Assembly: GCF_036321535.1 (NCBI RefSeq)
Contig: NC_087437.1
Location: 5,952,001-6,016,000 of the forward strand
Direction: 5' to 3'
Length of the DNA: 64,000 nt
Origin: Camelus dromedarius
Taxonomy: Eukaryota
The number at the start of each line of letters is the position of its first letter. Positions within the stretch are counted from its first letter, which is position 1. The notes below the pieces were generated by a model, which had not been told where the DNA came from, ran no database searches, and saw only the letters and a list, made by a program, of their open reading frames with translations. Below, in pieces: positions 22,571-35,256 of the stretch. The position numbers were made by a program, and so were the translations under genes.

Positions 22571-23633
22571 TAAATGGAGTTTTGAAGAGGGTGGAATCAT
22601 TTGTGACAGGGGAATGTTTGCTTGGTTAGAGATACTACCCTTTTGATCACTTACCAGGGTTTCTCCTGCTGTTTCCCTCTCTTGAGCCCTTCCTCTGAAG
22701 GAGGGTCTAGAAAGCAGAAAGAAGGCCGAGGACAGAACAGGGCCCAGCCGGCTGCCTGGTAAGACACTGGGAGGCGGCCAGCCACTCCCAATCAAGCACC
22801 TCTTCAAATCCATAAGAGAACGTTTATTACTTGCTTGAGGCCAGGATGTTTTAGGCTGTACCAATGAGAGCCACTCTGGCCACATGCAGTGACTTGTGAC
22901 CTAATGAGCTGAGAGCCCGGTGGGGTCCACCTTCAGCGAAGGCCCCGGATATGGGCCGCTCTCAGGGCCCCCGCCAGTGGGAGGAGACCCTGGTGGGCTC
23001 GGTCTGGTTTCCTGCACCGGTGGGATGTGTCCTGATGTCTCACAGTGCGTGGTGCTGCCCCTTCTCCACACTCACAGGGCTGCATCCTGGCCATTTCCAT
23101 TACGGCACGTGACTCAGTTCCCTAATCTGCTCCCAAACTGCAGATGCTAGACACTGGAGGAAGGAGAAGGAAGGGATGTCCTTTCCTTTCTCCCTGAAAC
23201 GTAGTAACTGTATGTGTTACAAAAGCTTTGCAAGCAGCCTGGAGTTACTGAAGCAATACATATGCGATCCAGCAGAGACCATTTCTAATACAAAATACAC
23301 AGTTTTCATAAAGGTGAAGAGTAATGCTTAAAGACTTCCTATGTGACATACGTACAACACACATGTAAACAACTTCAAACTAAGACATCTCCTAGAACAT
23401 AAAGTCAGAAGGAAGAAAAGGTCATGTGAGTCTGACAGACGTTTCAGGCAGGTGGCTCAAAACATTTATTTAAAAAGTAAAGCACTGTCAAAATAATAAT
23501 CACATTAGGGACTATGGACAGGCTAGCACACAGTAGAGCTGATTATCTTATCTTGAAAGCTCGACGTTTCATTTTGCTTTGCGGCAGATAGACGTACACA
23601 AAGGGCAGTGTAGCAGTTACGAGCTGAAATCCA

Positions 23634-23865
23634 GGGGAAGGGGACTGGGGGGATAAATTAGGAGTCTGGGATCAGCAGATACACACTACTATTTATAAAA
23701 TAGATAAACAACAAGGTCCTACTGTAGAGCACAGGGAACTATATTCAGTATCTTGTAATACCTATAATTAAAAAGAATATGAAAAAGAATATATGTATCA
23801 CTGAACCACTATGCTGTACACCACAAACACAACACTGTAAATCAAATATACTTCAATTAAAGAAA
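23634..23865 (+). mobile_element. Short L1 3'UTR fragment
   Basis: GGGATCAGCAGATACACACTACT...AACAAGGTCCTACTGTAGAGCACAGGGAACTATATTCAG...CTTCAATTAAA. TSD-like GAG(C/T)TGAAATC(C/T)A at 23621 and 23866. Confidence 0.88.
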
Positions 23866-24079
23866 GAGTTGAAATCTATAGTCAGACTGATTTTGAATTT
23901 CTCCTCCACTTACTAGTGTCACAATTCTGGAAAATTTTATTAATCTTTGTGGACAGAACCATGCATCTACTGGAGCCCGGCTGTGAGGATTACATGACAT
24001 AATTCACATGAAGCAAGCTCAGCACAGGCCCTGGTGGCTGTGACTGTCATCATCCGCACGGCCAAAGTATCTCACTCAC

Positions 24080-24179
24080 CAAGATGAGCGTCCATCACCT
24101 TTGCACAGTATTTGCACATGGCATCCAGGTCATTCAGCTGTCCTTGCAGGAAGGAAATCTGGGCTTCTAATTCTTCTTC
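24080..24179 (-). CDS. TBC1D5: TBC1D5 coding exon, 100 nt, phase 0-1 (coiled-coil-like)
   Basis: Acceptor CTTCATTTTAG|GAA, donor TTG|GTGAGT. Translates EEELEAQISFLQGQLNDLDAMCKYCAKVMDAHL + G, which joins TG of the next exon to make Val. Confidence 0.95.
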
Positions 24180-24855
24180 CTAAAATGAAGGGGGCAAGGA
24201 TAAGAAAATGGGGGGAAAAAAAAATCAAAGACAATCCCCAAAGTTCTCCAGACGATCTGGACTATTTTAAGCCACAATGTCTTTCTAGTCCTGGACAAAA
24301 CAAAAGAAAGCAACAAACAAGAGCAAGCCCACGACCGCCGCCGCCCACAGCACAGAGAAAGGGGAAGGTGGAGGCTTGAAAAAAAATCTGGACCTTTCTG
24401 AACTGAACGCCAGCTTTGTGCCATGTATAACTGTTTACCCATACAGCCTTGTATTAAAAAAAGCACATAAAACATCTTCAACAACTACTGAGTTACATAA
24501 GTTGGGAGAGTAAATGGGTTCACTGGACCCTACTCCCTGGACATCTGGTGCAAAACTATTACATTTTCTCACAAGCAATTGACAAACCAAAGATCCTCCA
24601 TCTGTGTGAGACAAATCTCATCATTTTTGAGACAATGATAATCTCTAAAAATGCAAGATTTCCCAAAGCACTGGGAAGAGTTTTGTCCCCACAGCCCATA
24701 ATTAGCGGCTCTTACATTTCCTCTCTTAATAGAGGATTTTATTTTTTTATTTATACATTTATTTTGATTGTTTCTAGGAAAAAATACTCTGGGTGGGATA
24801 AATATCTAAGTGGTAAAAGACAATCTAACTGTAACAAAAGGATAAAGTCTGGGTC

Positions 24856-24993
24856 TTTTGTTTGTTTGTTCTGGGGGGGGGGTAATTAGGTTTACTTATT
24901 TACTCATAAATTTATTTAACGGAGGTACTGGGGATAGAACCCAGGAACTGTGTACGCTAAGCATGCGCTCTACCACTGAGCTTTACCTTCCCC
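24856..24993 (-). mobile_element. tRNA-derived SINE (Vic-1-like)
   Basis: SINE body plus extended tail AAACCTAATTACCCCCCCCCC on the minus strand. Confidence 0.9.
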
Positions 24994-25797
24994 GTTTTTT
25001 TGTTTTTTGGTGTTTTTGAAGGAAGAAAGGAATACACACACAAAAATTTCCCAAGGAAATTTACAAGATGAAGGGAGTTTTTCTCAGAGAAAGAGACTAA
25101 TCTTCATTGTGTAGGATATTTTAAACCAAGGTAGTTGGAATACAATGAAGGGAGGCTGCCAAAGCTGGCTAGGCTATAAAACTGCTCTTCCAATCTTAGA
25201 TGCTGCTCCCTTTACATAAGAATCCCCTGTGTCATTAAAAGGGAACAGAAACCTACCAAGATATGCTTTTTCTCAGAGATTGAGATAATCTGACACATAC
25301 ATGGAAATTAATGGTTGAAAAGGTTCCTCGTGGGTGTACCATATTTTAGCAGTACACATATGCAGCGCTGAAAAGTATCATTTTTAACGGCTGCCTGGAG
25401 AATGAGCCCTTTGGAATATGCATTTAAATGCTTGATGCAGAAAACAGACCCAGCAGTAGCTCTAAAAACAAATGACTGTGAAATGCCCTCTGTAGGATTA
25501 CACAAGCAGAAACCGTGAACTTCACATATCCCACAGGGTTCAGCAGCCTCTCCTCCGATCTCAAATAAAGACAAACACAGCCAGGAGCAGCTCAGCCCAG
25601 GATGCATTACTGGGGCCTCAGGTAGGTGGGCCACCCTCCTACTCTTTGGCTGGGCTTGAAGGTGGAAAAGGATGGGGTGTTTCGGGGCATTTTTCTTCTC
25701 CTTTTCGCCTTTGTTTCTGCACAATCTTGAATTTCCCTGTTCTACCAGGGCCCTACGGGAAGCAGAGAAAGAAGGCTACATCCGTTGGTTATCAGTG

Positions 25798-26318
25798 GTT
25801 GTGGTCAGTCTCCAAAGATGGCCACCATCAACTCTTTCCCATCAGCGTGCCTGTGGTTCCACTCTTCGCGAGGTATTGTCTGTTTCCCTCCTCTTGAATC
25901 CGGGCAGGCCTAATACTTGCCTTGATCCAGAGAATGCAGCAGAAGTCACACTGTGCCAACCGGGGGCTAATGTAAGAGGCCTTCCAACTTCTGCTTTCCC
26001 TACAGGAAGCTAGCTACCATGTTGTAAAGATGCTCAGGCTAGAACACTGACAGGGAGCAGAGAAATGTGGAGAGAGAGGGGCCACAGGAGAAGCAACGAG
26101 GTTCTAGACATGTGAATGACATCTCCCTGGACCTTTCAGCCCAACTCACCTGAAACCACCCCATGGGTGATCCAGTCAGCATCCTGCGGAACAGAAGGGC
26201 AGCCCAACCAAACCTCGTTCAAAGGCCTGACCTACAAACCTATGAGCAGCAACAATGTCGTTCTGAGGGGTGGGGTTTGGGGGTGGTTTGTTACACAGCA
26301 ACAGATACCCGACACAGT
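25798..26318 (+). mobile_element. MaLR LTR (MLT1-like)
   Basis: Starts TGTGGTCAGTCTCCAAAGATGGCCACC and ends TTTGGGGGTGGTTTGTTACACAGCAACAGATACC, typical MLT1 termini. Confidence 0.75.
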
Positions 26319-27904
26319 GGTGGAATGGAGAAAACGCTGGACTGGTATATGGCATGAGGAAATCTGAGTTCTATTTCCAGTCCTGCCATTAACAAGTCAT
26401 GTAACCTTAAGTAGCCCTCCACCCAGCCTGGGGCTAACTTCAGCTTGCTCTGGAGAAGGCGTAAGTCAGACACTTTGCTCCCAAGGAGCTTACAAGCTTG
26501 TAGTTGGAATAGGAGGGTTATATCACTGACTAGAGTTTGAGGCAGAAGATATGAAAGTCTTATAATGAGATAAGAATAATCGCTCTGATAATCCTGGTCC
26601 TACCTCCTGTCCCTTCTACTGAACAAGTCACCTTTTCAACATCTTACAAACTGGCTGAGTCTAGACCTGTACTGAAGCCAGAGCCTGGCAGTCTTCTGAA
26701 AGAAGGGGACCCAGCGTGGCCAGAGTTTGTCCCTGCACTTGGCTACCAGCTGGGGTGCTGACAGCCCAGAATGGCCCAAGGACCTAGGACTGTCCTACCT
26801 CCTGGCTTAAAAGCATCATCTCTATTTACTCCATGTAGTTTAATCTGGATTAAGCAATCACTTCTTGTAAGATTCAAAAGCCCTTGGAAGCTTTCATCTC
26901 CAGCCATCATTCCTACCTAAATGGATTTATTTTATTCAGTTTGTTTTCTTTTTAAAGGCAGGGAGGGAAGAAGAGCTTGAGAGAAGACCCTTTAGAGGAC
27001 ACAGGCCCGCTGCGGGTGCTGAGGTGTCGGACGGCTGGAGGGGAGTATGCAGCTCAAAGGGGTCTCTTCCTCAAAACACTTCGCTGTGCTAGTAGGAACA
27101 TTACTGTAAAGAAAACGTGATGCAACTGACACTTCCCAACCTGTGCAGTGCACAACCTGCACAAGCATACAGGGCGGACCCAAGAGCACAGCAGCCCAGA
27201 GCACCTGCCAGGTGAGCATAAAACAGTCTTCCAAGTGTGCAACCTGGCCTAGGGTTCTGGTGGCAAGCGAGGAGCATCTTGCCTGCCTAAATCCTGAGGA
27301 AACCTCCACACAAATGGCATCAACACAGTAGAAAATGGCAGTTCACTCATTTAAACCTTTCTTTCAAAGGAAAGCTTGCACAAGAGCCCAATTACGAGAT
27401 AAGAGGAGCATTCTGGCTGAAACAGGTTGAAGGGCCCAAGAACTTCTTCCGTTTGGAAGTTTGAAGTCCAGTGTATTCTCTCCCTGGGGTCTGCTTCATC
27501 TTAAAACGTTCCTAAACCCTTCAACGACCACTCAGACTTTATAAATAGGAATAGAATCACTTGGAGGCAAAAGGGCGGCTTGTCATTTACTCTTCGCTCT
27601 TTGATATAATTACAGATAAAAGAAAAAGCCAAGAACAAGCTTCCACAGTTGTGGGACTCGCCTTCACATTTCTAGCTCAGCTTCTCCTGCTCCATATGTC
27701 TCCCAGCTAACGTGCTTCAAACATTGACAGCTTTAGTCATTTGTTTTCATTAAGTTGGTCCTCCCTAATCAAAAACAAATGCTTGGCTAATCGCCTTGAG
27801 GTTTTGTGGAAACAACCAGTTAGTGTCATTTTTATGTATAAATAAGATGTGAAGAGAAATGCTTATTAGATTTACTTCTGCATCCATGGTCTGCCTCCCA
27901 GGGC

Positions 27905-28115
27905 TGGAGGGAGTACAGTGATGGAACAGGATGGAATTCGGGGTAGACAAAGCTGGGTTCAAATCCTCTTTCTACCAGTTAGGAGCGGCATCCTCTTGAA
28001 CAAGTTCCTTAATTTCTTGGTCCGCCCTCACCCTCACTTGGCAGCACTGGTGGGAGGACAAAATGGTAACACATGGAGAGTGTCTGGCACGGAGCTGGTA
28101 CTCAACAAAGGCAAC
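27905..28115 (+). mobile_element. MIR relic
   Basis: AGACAAAGCTGGGTTCAAATCC...CTTGAACAAGTTCCTTAATTTCT...GTGTCTGGCACGGAGCTGGTACTCAACAAA. Confidence 0.6.
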
Positions 28116-28464
28116 TGCTTTTTCTTTAAAAAGTTTTTTTAATTAGGTCAAAACAGTGAAGTAGATTTTAAATACAGAGTTTTCTGAGTCACTCTTGGAA
28201 AACACTGGTTTCTGGTTTAAAAACCTTTAGGGGGTTTAGCCCAGGAAGATTAATTAGGGCGGGGGTGCCCAGCACTGTCTTAAGTTCTGGACAGCAAACT
28301 GACGTACAAGGCAAGAAACAGATGGGGGATTATGAAGCAGGGCCACGTGCAGACTTCTGTGTGCACCACACCTCAACAGTGCCTGGCAGCCCCGGAGGGG
28401 AGGACCACAGGATGGGGGTCATCCCCTCGGAACAGCAAAACAGCTGGCATCTAACCCTTGTACG

Positions 28465-28562
28465 GCAATTATAATACGCACGACACTGAGCTTTGCACAC
28501 ATCAACTCATTTAATCCTCACAACAGACCTATGAGGTAGAGCTCTCATTATCTCCTACTTGA
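28465..28562 (-). mobile_element. MIR relic
   Basis: AACTCATTTAATCCTCACAACAGACCTATGAGGTAG is a reverse-strand MIR core. Confidence 0.7.
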
Positions 28563-29339
28563 AGCGTGGTCTCCTTCTCTGTACGCCACATTCTCTGGAG
28601 GGGTAGGCCAAGTCTGAGACAGCTCTTTGAGAGTCCAAGTCACGTGGCCCACTGTTCCCATTTCCCTGTGTATGTATGTTTTCATGCTAAATTACCAGGC
28701 CCTTCCAATGTATCACTTCCATCTCTCCTTTTCCTTTAAGAGAAATCCACTATTTACAATGTTAAGTCCTAACCCCCAACTGCTTACTGAATTGTTTGCC
28801 TTTAAAAACATTCAGGCCTGACTGCCTGTGTTCTGTTTCGTTTGTGGAATAATTTTTGTTTTGATTGTCTCTGGAGAAATGTTTTTCAGATTTGCTTTTT
28901 AAACAGTGGTGTTACTACCATCATTTACCCCCAAACAGTTGATGTGTTATTATCCTTCCACTGAAATAGCATACATCTCAATTGCTTAAATTGTTTTATA
29001 ATACATGGATTTTATGTATTAATTTTGTTAAAGGTTTCCACATTCTTATGCTGTTTTTTGGTTAGTAACATGACGAGCTTTTGCAGTTTATTGTTTATTC
29101 ATTTTTTCATTAATTTATTCACCAAATATATTCATCCGCATTGTGTTAGGCCTTGTGGGAAATCAACAAATGTGTATTCTGACCTCTGCATGTCTAGGAG
29201 GTAAGACATATACATGAAGCCCAGAGAGGTGGGAGGTTAAGTTTTGCAGAAGACAGGAAAGAACCTTCACAAGGAGGGCAGACGGCTTCCAATTCATAGA
29301 GGTGGGAATGAAGGCAGACTTTCTGGAAGAGGCAGCATT

Positions 29340-29431
29340 ATCTATTAATTAATGGAGGTCCTGGGGATGGAAGCTGGGACCTCGTGCATGCTAAACAGGT
29401 GCTCTACCACTGAGCTACACTCTTCCCTCCG
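29340..29431 (-). mobile_element. tRNA-derived SINE (Vic-1-like)
   Basis: SINE body with a perfect 12-bp TSD AGAGGCAGCATT at 29328-29339 and 29432-29443. Confidence 0.92.
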
Positions 29432-30074
29432 AGAGGCAGCATTTTTGATGGGTCTTGAGGAAACAGAAATTGGTTCAGAGGAAGTGAGGAATGAGATGTT
29501 TTCGGAGGCAGGGACCCAGTAAACAAAGGCGTGGACTCAGAAAAGTGAAAGGCACGGGCAGAGAGCTGGTCACGGAGTGGAGGTGGTGTGTGGTGAGTGG
29601 CAGCAAGGTTCTCCCCTCTGCTCACCTTCATCCCTACTATGTCTTCACTTTAGAAGATGATGTTTTGGGGGCTGGGCTCTGACGTGCTGATGCTGTGGTC
29701 ACTGCCCTAACATGCGCCCCCTCATAATGATTCCCCAGGGTCCGCGGCAGGGTCCTTGTCCCTGGACGGACAAATGGAAACCCCAGCGGCTTGGTTTGGT
29801 GAAAAGTGGGGCAGGAAGGCACCAGGGCCGCGTTCTGCTTCACCTCTGAGCAGGGGTCCTCAGATCACAGAGACACAGACAAGGATCTGACACTGACGGG
29901 CAGGTGGCAGGGACAGGCCAAATGTAGCCAGCAGACGACAGGAGAGATGCCCCGTCTCTGTCGAGCAGATGGTGAACAAGAAGTGGGAAGTGACAGAAAC
30001 GGAAAGTCTTAGGAGAAAAAGTGGGATGGCCATGGATGTTCTGAGGAAGCCAGGGTTACACAAGGGCACAACTC

Positions 30075-30112
<38 letters not shown>
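30075..30112 (+). repeat. Interrupted microsatellite (CA)7 TATA (CA)10
   Basis: Read directly from the sequence. Confidence 0.95.
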
Positions 30113-30236
30113 GCATGGATGGAACCCAGCTAGAGCAGACGGCATCAGCAGAGGAAGACACCACCGGAAAAACATGGAGCACGTGGAAGACTTTTCAGGA
30201 GCATAAAATTAAGTGGTCTGGGTGTGTGACCCAGGG

Positions 30237-30290
30237 CAGCCCTGTTGGGGGGGTCAGCCCTGCTGGGGGGTCAGCCCTGCTGGGGGCCAG
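30237..30290 (+). repeat. Short GC-rich tandem repeat, ~3 x CAGCCCTGCTGGGGGGT
   Basis: Read directly; unit 16-18 bp with a variable G run. Confidence 0.85.
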
Positions 30291-30334
30291 CTGGATCGTG
30301 GTCACAAGCCCCAGATGAGTGTGTCTCACATCCG

Positions 30335-30505
30335 CACGGACTGTCTCTGGGACCTCGACCAGAGAGCAGAACTGGCTGAGCCTCAGTTTTCTATCTGTAA
30401 AATGGGGATGATGATAATTCCCATCTCAGCAGATTGTTGGAGGACTGAATTACCCCAGATAGTCCAGCTGAAGGGCTTGGCACTCAATAAATGTTCATTT
30501 TATTA
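30335..30505 (+). mobile_element. MIR
   Basis: CTGAGCCTCAGTTTTCTATCTGTAAAATGGGGATGATGATAAT...CACTCAATAAATG. Confidence 0.8.
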
Positions 30506-31814
30506 CCTCCAAATTATGAATATAGTTCTAGAAACATTCCAAGCAATTATGGACACATGCAAAACAAATCCCAGGAAATTCCTCATCCTCTTGATGGCAA
30601 CAGGCACACACATATTCCACACAAATCCTAAACGTCTAATGGCAGGAGACTTGGGTAACTCGTGGTACACTGATGCACAGAGTATCCACAACCTGAAATC
30701 AAACGTTCTCAGAGGAAAACATTTAATAAAAACATATCACATACTGATTGGAAAAGCAGTAGGTAAAGATTCTGTTCAAAGGTTCTGATTCTGTTTTGGG
30801 GGGGAAAAAGGAAAGACATTCAGTAAACTGTTTATATTGGTTGTTCTTCAAAAGGTGAGATTATAGGTCATTTCCTCTATTATTTTTTTCTGGATTTGCT
30901 ACAATGAAATCAGATCATATTTTTGTAATAATGAAATCAGTAACATAATAGAGAGGAAACTTGAAGAAAATTAAAAGGTGATTACCAAGGTAAAAAAGGA
31001 GGTATTTATTATTTTTAGATCACCAAAGTTGATTCCAAATCAAACTTTAAGCTACACTGTAGTCTACACAAATCTGTTCTCTAAACAACGCTAAACAGTA
31101 TGAGGAATTAAATGAAATAACTTGCAAAAAGTAAATAATTACAATATCTTGTCCAATGGCCGAACCCTGAGCAGTACTTTCAGGGCAACGGCTTCTTTCT
31201 ATGCACTTAACGTGGGAACATCAAAGGATGCTATTCTTCGTGGGTTGCCCAGAAAGAATGGGATTCTTCAAGATACTTCAGGAAATAAAGATAGTTTCAA
31301 ATTCCGCAGTAAATAAAAGAGTTCCTATTTTCAGACAGGATGTAAACAAACATGTTAAATGTGAAGGAAAAAGGCCTTTAGAAATTTTGAACTGGAATTT
31401 AAAACTTAAGGTGTTTAGCAAATCATATAATTTCAGTGCTGGCATTTCCTTTAGAGATAATTTATTTCAACCCCTTATTTTTACAAATAAACTTTGATAC
31501 GGGTAGTGGCTAGCTGGTAGCAGAACTTATCCAAGCAGGCTTCCTTGTTTCTCAGGCACTGAGGAGTGCTGGTCCCACCACCGAGACGCATGCCACCTGG
31601 GGATACCAGGGGTGTCCTCCCAGGACGGCGTTTTCACAACAGCCACTGAGGCCTTCCCCTCTGCCCCATGCCAGGCTGCAATGGTGATGCTCCTTCCTGC
31701 TTGCTGTCACCTAGAATGGCACTAAAACCTAAACTTGACAGCACTTTATATGAATTTTCATACTTCAGTTTCCTCCAGTAGGCTGAATGAAACAAGTTCA
31801 TTAAAGAATACAGC

Positions 31815-34225
31815 TCTGGGTTAGATGATGGAGTAGGAACCACTAGAAATCTGTCTTCCCACCTGCACAATAACTGCACTAGCAAAATCATCTTATGTAA
31901 CTATTCTAGCAAACTTTTAGGGAAGAACTAATACCAATCCTTCACAAACTTTTTTAAAAAACTGAAGATGAGGGAACACTGACCAACTCATTCTATGAGG
32001 CCAATATCACCCTGATACCAAAGCTAGACAAAGACACTGCAAGAAAAGAAAATTATAGTCCAATTTCTCGTATGAACAGTGATGTAAAAACCCTCATCAG
32101 AATACTAACAAAGCAAATTCAACAGCATATTGAAAAACTATACTGGTATTTATTCCTAGAATGCAAGGATGGTTCAACATATAAAAGTGTGAACAACATC
32201 ACATTAACAAAATGAGAAAAAAAATGATCATCTCAGTTGGTGCAGAGAAAGCATTTAAAAAAATTAAACTTTCATGACGCCCTTTCATGATAAACCATTC
32301 AATAAACCAGCAATAGAAGGAAAGCACCTCAACATAATAAAAATCATACATGAACAAAACCACAGCGAACATCATACTCATTTGTAAAACACTGAAAGCT
32401 TTTCCTCTAAGATCAGGAATAGAAAAAAAAGATGTTCCACTTTTCACAACTTCTGTTTGTGATTTAGGTGAGAAAGAGATATAAAAAAAAATTCAAATTG
32501 GAAAGGAAGAAATTAAATTATCTCTATTTTTAAATGATATAATAGTATATGTAGAAAATCATAAACATTGCTGAAAGAAATTAAAGAAGAGAGATAAATG
32601 AAATAATTCTATGGTCATGGATTGGAAGACTTAACATTGTTAGTATGTCAGTACTATCCAAAACGACCTACAGGTTCCATGTAGTTTCTATCAAAATCCC
32701 AGTGACATTTTTGCAGAAATAGAAAAGTTTATCCTAAAATTCATATGGAATCTCATATGGAATCTGAATAGTCAAAATACTCCTAAAGGAGAACAAATGT
32801 GGAGGACTAACACTTCCTGATTTTAAAACTTATTACAAAGTTACAGTCAAAAAAGTGTGGTACTGGCATAAAGACAGACATACTGACCAATGGAACAGAA
32901 TAAAGAACCAGAAATAAATGGTCACATATAGGGTCAAATAATTTTTGGAAGGGTTCCAAGAAATTCACTGGGGGAAAGGACAGTATTTTCAATAAATGGT
33001 GCTGGGAAAATTGGATATCCATTTGCAAAAGAATTAAGTTGGACCTTATCGTTCACCATACACATATTACATAATTAACTCAAAATGGATCAAAGACCTA
33101 AATGTAGGATCTAAAGCTATAAAACTCTTAGAAGAAAACATAGAGCAAAAGCTTCATGACATTAAATTTGACAGTAATTTCTTAAATATGACACCAAAGG
33201 TACAGACAACAAAAGAAAAAACAAACTAGACTTCATGAAAATTAAAAAAAAAAGTGTGCATCAAAAAACACAATCAACAGAGTAAAATGGCAGCCCACAG
33301 AATGAGAGAAAATATTAACAAATCATATATATGATAAAGGTTTAATATGCAGGATATACAGAGAACTCCTAAAACTCAGTAACAACAAAAACATTCAGCC
33401 TGATTAAAAAATGGACAAAGGATTTGAATAGACATTTTTCCAAAGAAGACATACAAATGGTCAACAAGCACATGAAAAGATGCTCAACATCAGTAACCAT
33501 TAGGGGATGCAAATCAAAACCATAAAGAGACAATAGCAAATGCTCGTCAGAATCTGGAGAAACTGGAACACTTGTACACTGTTAGCAGGAACATAAAGTG
33601 GTACAGGCTGATATGAAAACAGCATGAATGTTCCTCAAAAATTAAAAATGGAATTGCTGAATGATCTAGCATTTCCACTTCTGGGTATATACCCAAAATA
33701 ACTGAAAGCAGAGTCTCAAAGAGATATTTATACACTCATGCTCACAAGAGCATTATTCATAATAGCTAAGATGTGGAAGCAACCAAAGCATCCACTGATG
33801 GATGGATGGATAAACAAAATGTGGTCTATATACACAATGGAATATTATACAGCCTTTAAAAAGAAGAAAATTCTGACCCATGCTACAACATGAATGAACA
33901 TTGAGGACATTATGCTAAGTGAAATAAGCTAGTCAAGAAAATACAAATACTGTGTGGTATTTGGATAAAGTACCATTTACATGAAATGCTTGGAGTAGTC
34001 AAAATCATAACCACAGACAGCAGAATGGTGGTTACTGCAAGGAGGGTGGGGTAAGTGGAAGGTTATTGTTTAACGGGTCTAGAGTTTCACATTTACAGGA
34101 TAAAAGAGTTATGGAGATGGATACCCAACATTATGAAAGAATTTGATACCACTGTACTCTACACTTAAAAATGATTAAGATGGTAAATTTTAAGTTATAT
34201 CTATTTTTTATCAAAATAAAAAAGA
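31815..34225 (+). mobile_element. Old L1 (L1M-type): degenerate ORF2 + 3'UTR with a short 5'-end-like piece in front
   Basis: ORF2 hallmarks CCAACTCATTCTATGAGGCC, GAATGCAAGGATGGTTCAAC, AATAAATGGTGCTGGGAAAA and AGACATTTTTCCAAAGAAGAC. Many stops and frameshifts; A-rich end near 34225. Confidence 0.9.
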
Positions 34226-34819
34226 GACTATTGTCTCCCTAAAAAGTTAAAAATTGCCTGTCCTAAAAACAGCATGGTCAGGTGAGGCAGGAGCCAGGCT
34301 TCTGGCAGCTGGGCTCTCTGATCACACAGCCTTGGCTGGTCCCCACAGGGATGGTCCCAACCTGTTCCCTGCAGCAGCACAAGAGGAGGGGAGGGCAGGG
34401 CACCAGGCCAAGGATAGGGAGACACTTACGTTTCCATGCAAAAATGTTCTCCACCAAACTGCAGCTTGACTTTAAGCATATCCCTCAAGTTGACCAATTA
34501 TATCTTAAATCCACATTCATGTCATTGGTTTACATGCGGAAATGATCCAAATAGCCTTTTGAAGTCAGGTGTTGTCAGGTTAAAATAATTAACTCAGATC
34601 ACATGCTTGCCGTGGGTGGGACATATGGGTTACGGATTGTAAGTGATATTTTAAAAATAGAACATGTAAAGCTCACAAAATTAAGAGAAAGACATTTCCT
34701 CTTATTCAACTGCCTCTCATTTTTATTGAGGAAGTTAAAAAAAGATCTTGGTTTCTTACCCCATTCTATTCTTTTGCCTCTACCTGAAAAGGCAGAGATT
34801 ACCTGCTGTCCAGTCATGA

Positions 34820-35000
34820 CTAGTGACTTTCCTTTTCGTAGATGGGAGTTAAACATGCCTCTCTATGCCTCAGTTCTTTCATCTGTAAAACGGGAGATAA
34901 TTATAGCACTGACCTCATCCAGCCTTCTGAGGATTAAAGGAGCTAATACATGTAAAATGTCCTAAGAGCAGAGTCCACGCGTGGAAAGTACACTGTTTAC
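34820..35000 (+). mobile_element. MIR
   Basis: CTCTATGCCTCAGTTCTTTCATCTGTAAAACGGGAGATAAT...TGAGGATTAAAGGAGCTAATACATGTAAA. Confidence 0.8.
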
Positions 35001-35149
35001 CCATCACCCACACGGAGGACATGTTCACATTAGGATACGTTTGAAGCTGGCTCTATCTATAGACAACCTCATTTCCGATTTGGTATTCAATTAATCTTAC
35101 TTAGACTAATTCTTTTCAATCCTTAATAAGCACGAAAATTACCGGAGAA

Positions 35150-35256
35150 GGTCTAACATAGTAGGTCTGAGGTGGAGCCTGAGATTCCGTATTTGACAGG
35201 CTCCCAGGGGATGAGTACACATTTGGTCCATGGACCACACTCTGAGTGGCAAGGAT
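35150..35256. mobile_element. MER5A-like relic
   Basis: AGTAGGTCTGAGGTGGAGCCTGAGATTCCGTATTT...GGTCCATGGACCACACTCTGAGTGGCAAGG. Confidence 0.75.

Noticed and set aside
30213..30788. 191-aa ORF
   Set aside because: Runs through a tandem repeat and a MIR core (EPQFSICKMG is translated MIR); not protein-like.
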